A stretch of 64,000 nucleotides of DNA from Mayamaea pseudoterrestris (Eukaryota), in assembly GCA_027923505.1 (NCBI GenBank), contig BROI01000022.1, forward strand, positions 1-64,000. The letters run 5' to 3'. Below, one piece after another: positions 59,756 through 64,000 of the stretch. Below the pieces are notes generated by a model, which saw only the letters and a program-made list of their open reading frames with translations, did no database searches and was not told the DNA's origin. Position 1 is the stretch's first letter; each line of letters begins with the position of its first letter. Made by a program: the position numbers and the translations under genes.

Positions 59756-61942
59756 TCACGTCCAAGTACACCAGGCCATCGCGAATTGCCAATGGCAAAA
59801 CGTAGCCTCAATGTTCGTCGTAATTCGTTGCGTTCCGCCAAACATGGTCGGAATATCGTCGACGCGATGTCCCATTGCGCGCAATTGATTCGGGCAATGA
59901 ATCGTCGGTCCGTCTCGCTTTAAAGCATACTGGTGACACAGAAGCAGAATGGTTTCGCCACTAAGGGTCTTTGCCAGTCCAGCTGCAGTGCCAATCTTGA
60001 GAGCTGGGACAATATGATCGTCTATACCAGTCACATCCACCTCGGCGTTCGTTTCCGAAACGACGAGCATGTCTCCTCCGCATAAGCCTCCGTTCGCGCC
60101 GCTGTCGATGAGCGCGCCTTCGTTGATCCGCTCGTAGTGTGCGCGATTGACGCGCATACGACGATGCATGTTGAAGCTGAATGTACCTCGTCCGGTGTTA
60201 TCAGTCGTCAACGATCCTGTCACTTGCTGAGTTGTAGTACTCGCATTGTTCGCTTGCAGAACCGATCGTGCAGCCGTTTGGACTGACATTCCACTATTGC
60301 CGGGCTGAATATTAATCGTGCCAGGAACGCTTGCGTGATCGTTCGCTACAGATTCCGTCGCGTGACGCTCTTGATGCGCCGCGTTGACTTGCGTCTGCGT
60401 CGTAGCCGTGCCTCGTTGGTTGCGCGGTCGCCATCCGTTTTCGGGTGTCTTGGGCGCCGTCGCACGCTTGTCCTTCAACTGCTTTCGCTGATCAAACTTC
60501 ATCTCCAACCAGACTTCATCCTTCACGCTCGCGTGAGGTTTCTTCATGATCGCTGCAAATCGTTCCGCCGATAAGCCGCTTGGAGTCGCGCCGCCATTGC
60601 CGCCGCCGCCTCCTTTCGTTCCACTAGACTGCGCTTGATTGATTGTGCGCTTAGTCTTCGTCGTCGATGGGTGTTTCTTGTCATACTTGATGCAGCACTC
60701 TTCTAAGTGCGCGTACAACTGCGCGAAATTGTCTTCCGAGTCGTGTTGCCCCATGTGTTTCTTGATGGCAATCATTCCGTCAAAACCTGCTAGTGATGCG
60801 CTGAATCCTGTGTGCTCGGAGAAAGCGTCGCGTAGCATGTCGTATCGTTGTAAACCTGTCAGAGCTTCTGCGTCCATTTCGAGCAGCCAGATGACTTTCT
60901 TGTAGAACAGTGCGAGAAATTCGATCGTCGGCCGTGACCACTTCTCGGTCAGCCGCATTCCCTGCAGTTCCGTTCGCGCGCGTTCCTTCTCGATGTGAGC
61001 AGTAGCGCCTTCTTCGTATCGCGTTCGCAATCGTTGGTAGACTTCGCGTCCGTCCATCGTCTTCTTGAACTGCTGTACTGCGAGTGATGCAGACGGAGTT
61101 CGACAGTGCGTGAGAAAGATCCTGTATACAAACACATTCTTCTTTGCATACGCCTTCTGTTCTTTCGGTCCCTTTTCCTTCGGGTCATAATCGTCGTCAA
61201 AGACTTCGTGGAAGTCATGCAATGTAGCGATGACTTTCAACTCGGAAATCCACTGTTTCCACGAGGAATCCAGCTTCATTTCTTTACAATCCTTCGCCGA
61301 GAACTTGATAGACTTCGTAAATTGGTCTGAATACTTCTCGTCGTCTTCGTCGTCGCCGAGGTCCAGTACGGATGTTGGTGACTGCTTCGTGTCCACGTCC
61401 ACACTCGTCGGTGGCACCTTGTCGGCCGAGTCAGGCTTCGACTCGTCGCCTTCGTTCGTTAGCGTGGAGTCCTTGGATTCGTCCTTCTTGGATTCCGTTT
61501 CGCTTTCCTTCGCTGGAGGTTTCGCTCCGCTTCCGCTGCCCACGCTCGCAATGTTGCGCGCTTGGACTCGTTCCTTCGCTCGTGCTGTGACGAACGTCGC
61601 CAGCGTTTCGGTGGTCAGTTGCGACCATGTCTTGATGTCCGGCGACTCTTGCGCCAAATACCATTCGATCGCGTTCGTGATCGTGCGTTGTTTCATCTTC
61701 GTTAGCGAGTGTTCGCTCGTTTCCTGCGTGACATTGTCGCCATCGTCAGTCGTCGTCGTTGTCGTCGTCGTGACGTTCCACTTCGTCGCGAAATCGTCGT
61801 ACTCCATCTCAATCAGTTGCGTAAGCGATTCTACTCCGAGTTCGTCAAATAACTCCTTGAACTGAGGATCTTGGAAAACGCCTACGTTCTCTTCGTAAAC
61901 ATGCGCAAACGCCGCGTCTTTCTGCGCGCGAGTTTCCGCCAT
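59756..61942 (-). CDS. gag: gag-protease of element 2
   Basis: Long ORF with gag-like region (WKQWISEL...DGREVYQRL) and protease ALIDSGANGG. Confidence 0.85.
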   Translation of the reverse strand: MAETRAQKDAAFAHVYEENVGVFQDPQFKELFDELGVESLTQLIEMEYDDFATKWNVTTTTTTTTDDGDNVTQETSEHSLTKMKQRTITNAIEWYLAQESPDIKTWSQLTTETLATFVTARAKERVQARNIASVGSGSGAKPPAKESETESKKDESKDSTLTNEGDESKPDSADKVPPTSVDVDTKQSPTSVLDLGDDEDDEKYSDQFTKSIKFSAKDCKEMKLDSSWKQWISELKVIATLHDFHEVFDDDYDPKEKGPKEQKAYAKKNVFVYRIFLTHCRTPSASLAVQQFKKTMDGREVYQRLRTRYEEGATAHIEKERARTELQGMRLTEKWSRPTIEFLALFYKKVIWLLEMDAEALTGLQRYDMLRDAFSEHTGFSASLAGFDGMIAIKKHMGQHDSEDNFAQLYAHLEECCIKYDKKHPSTTKTKRTINQAQSSGTKGGGGGNGGATPSGLSAERFAAIMKKPHASVKDEVWLEMKFDQRKQLKDKRATAPKTPENGWRPRNQRGTATTQTQVNAAHQERHATESVANDHASVPGTINIQPGNSGMSVQTAARSVLQANNASTTTQQVTGSLTTDNTGRGTFSFNMHRRMRVNRAHYERINEGALIDSGANGGLCGGDMLVVSETNAEVDVTGIDDHIVPALKIGTAAGLAKTLSGETILLLCHQYALKRDGPTIHCPNQLRAMGHRVDDIPTMFGGTQRITTNIEATFCHWQFAMAWCTWT

Positions 61943-62092
61943 CGTTGTCGTCGTGACAATGTTCTTGCTATCACCTGCGGAACTTTCCGGGCCAAGAACC
62001 AACGTGCGTCCACGTTACTTCGTAAATCAATAGTACTCTTCGTCGATAAAGTCTCTATGCCGAGGCAATGAGTCTCAAGACAGTGTTAATCT

Positions 62093-62404
62093 TGTAACTT
62101 GTAAATCAAATCGTTGCACCTTTCGCTTGTAGCTGTCCTTGGATGGCCAATCCAAGCTTGCAGTTGCTACAATACGAGAGACGAATAAATCGCTTTCTTA
62201 ACTCTTCAAGCTTAGTAAGTCTGCTTGTTTCTACTCTATATCGCACTAGTTTCAGCAATATACTTGTTGAATCGCTTCGAAGCCGTCGCTGCCACGCATC
62301 ACGCGATCGTGAGGCTGTGGTGAGCCGCGAGTGCCGCTGTGTCACCCTATCGGACATTCGGTGTGACTTGCCCGATTTTCGCTGTTTTCGTTCGCATCCT
62401 GCAA
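62093..62404 (-). repeat. 5' LTR of element 2
   Basis: Same as 55241-55552. Confidence 0.95.
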
Positions 62405-64000
62405 CATCTATGAGTTTACACCCCTCTGGCTGTGTGAGTGGGTTTTGTCAGCCTGCTACTGGGGACAAGCCAAGGGGCACAAAATATTGGTAGACCCTGT
62501 CACAGAACTTGGAGCCTAGATGGGCTAGCAATGACTGCATTGCACTTTCTACATCATGAAACAATGCCTGCCAACTGCAAGCTATCAATTGATACCTCTC
62601 TGGCTGTGGGAGTGGGATATGGCAGCCAGCTACCGGTACTGGGGATAAGCCAGGAACACTAAATTCTGGCAGTCCCTGTCACAGATTTTGGTGAGTAGAT
62701 GGGCCATCAATCACTGCATTGCACTTTCTACATCATGACACAATTTCTATCATTTGCCATTTATTTGTTTACATCTCTCTGGATGTTGGAGTGGGTCATA
62801 GCAGGCAGCTACTATGAGCAAGCCTGGGGGCACGAAATTTGGGCAGTCCCTGTCGCAGAACTCGGAGACTAGATGGGCAATTGATGACTGCATTGCACTT
62901 TCTACATCATCAAACAATGCCTGTCAACTGCCAGCTATCACTTGATACCTCTCTGGTGTTTGGAGTGGGTTTCGTCAGCCTACTATTGTGGACAAGCTTA
63001 GGGACTAGGAATTCTGGCAGTCCCTGTCTCAGAACATAGAGACTCGATGGGCTGGCAATTACTGCATTGCGCTTCCTATATCATGACACAACACCTGTCA
63101 ACTGCCAGCTATCAATTGATATTACTCTGGCGTTTGCAGTGGGTCATGTCAGCCAGCTACTGGGGACAAGCCTACGGACAAGAAATTAGGGCAGTCCCTG
63201 TCGCAGAACTTGGAGACTAGATGGTCAATTGATGACTGCATTGCACTTTCTATTTCATGAAACAATGTCTATCAACTGCCAGCTATCAATTGATACCTCT
63301 CTGGCTGTTGGAGTCAGTCATGGCAGCCAGCTACTGGGGACAAGCCTACTGGCACGAAATTCTGGCAGTCCCTGTCGCAGAACTTGGAGACTAGATGGGC
63401 AATTGATGACTGCATTGCACTTACTATTTCATGAAACAGTGCCTGTCAACTGCAGGTATCAATTGATACCTCTCTGGCATTTGGAGTGGGTCATGGCAGC
63501 CAGCTACTGGGGACAAGCCAAGGAGCAAGAAATTTGGGCAGTCCCTGTCTCAGAACATGGAAACTAGATGGGCTGGCAATGACTGCATTGCGCTTTCTAT
63601 ATCATGACACAACACTTGTCAACTGCCAGCTATCAATTGATACCACTCTGACGTTTGGAGTGGGTCATGACAGCCTGCTACTGTGGACAAGCCTAGGGAC
63701 TCAATATTCTGGCAGTCCCTGTCACAGAACATGGAGACTAGATGGCCAATTAATGACTGCATTGCACATTCAACATCTGGAAGCAATGCCTGTCAACTGC
63801 CATCTATGAGTTTACACCCCTCTGGCTGTGTGAGTGGGTTTTGTCAGCCTGCTACTGTGGACAAGCCAAGGGGCACAAAATTTTGGTAGACCCTGTCGCA
63901 GAACTTGGAGCCTAGATGGGCTAGCAATGACTGCATTGCACTTTCTACATCATGAAACAATGCCTGCCAACTGCAAGCTATCAATTGATACCTCTCTGGC
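62405..64000. repeat. Satellite array B continued (runs past window end)
   Basis: Monomer starts at 62531, 62710, 62884, 63058, 63232, 63406, 63579, 63753, 63927. Confidence 0.96.

Larger units (their letters stand above)
55241..62404 (-). mobile_element. Ty1/copia LTR retrotransposon (element 2, 7164 bp, CoDi-like)
   Basis: 312-bp LTRs identical by eye; TSD CATCT at 55236-55240 and 62405-62409 (the uninterrupted monomer reads GCCATCTATGAG at ~63800); gag-PR-IN-RT-RH order on the minus strand. Confidence 0.96.

Noticed and set aside
54667..63889. ORFs in satellite B and in the element 2 LTRs
   Set aside because: 174 is divisible by 3, but frames are broken by stops and 173/179-bp monomers; no coding signal

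Overview
Eukaryotic genomic DNA, most likely a diatom or related ochrophyte (short GT-AG introns, bipartite plastid-targeting presequences, CoDi-like copia elements); the species cannot be fixed from sequence alone. The window has three parts. (1) A tandem array of a 169-bp satellite (1 to ~15120) is interrupted near its decayed edge by a 10.8-kb Ty1/copia LTR retrotransposon (4213-15055, TSD GGCAA). (2) A compact ~39-kb island holds about 21 host genes: RING E3, kinesin-14, Rpp21-like, a hidden selenoprotein K with SECIS, RraA, CCCH-DnaJ, DCN1, thioredoxin, cyclophilin, glycosyltransferases, PGAM, FKBP-MsrA, EXO1 and RCHY1. (3) A second array of a ~174-bp satellite with a 7-8-monomer higher-order repeat (~54310 to window end) is interrupted by a different 7.2-kb copia element on the minus strand (55241-62404, TSD CATCT, LTRs identical by eye), whose integrase ends in a chromodomain-like module. 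Both satellites are nucleosome-length, CpG-depleted and dyad-containing, and they appear to share colinear motifs in inverted orientation. The most interesting possibility, which is inference only, is a satellite/retrotransposon heterochromatin or centromere-like system bracketing a gene island.
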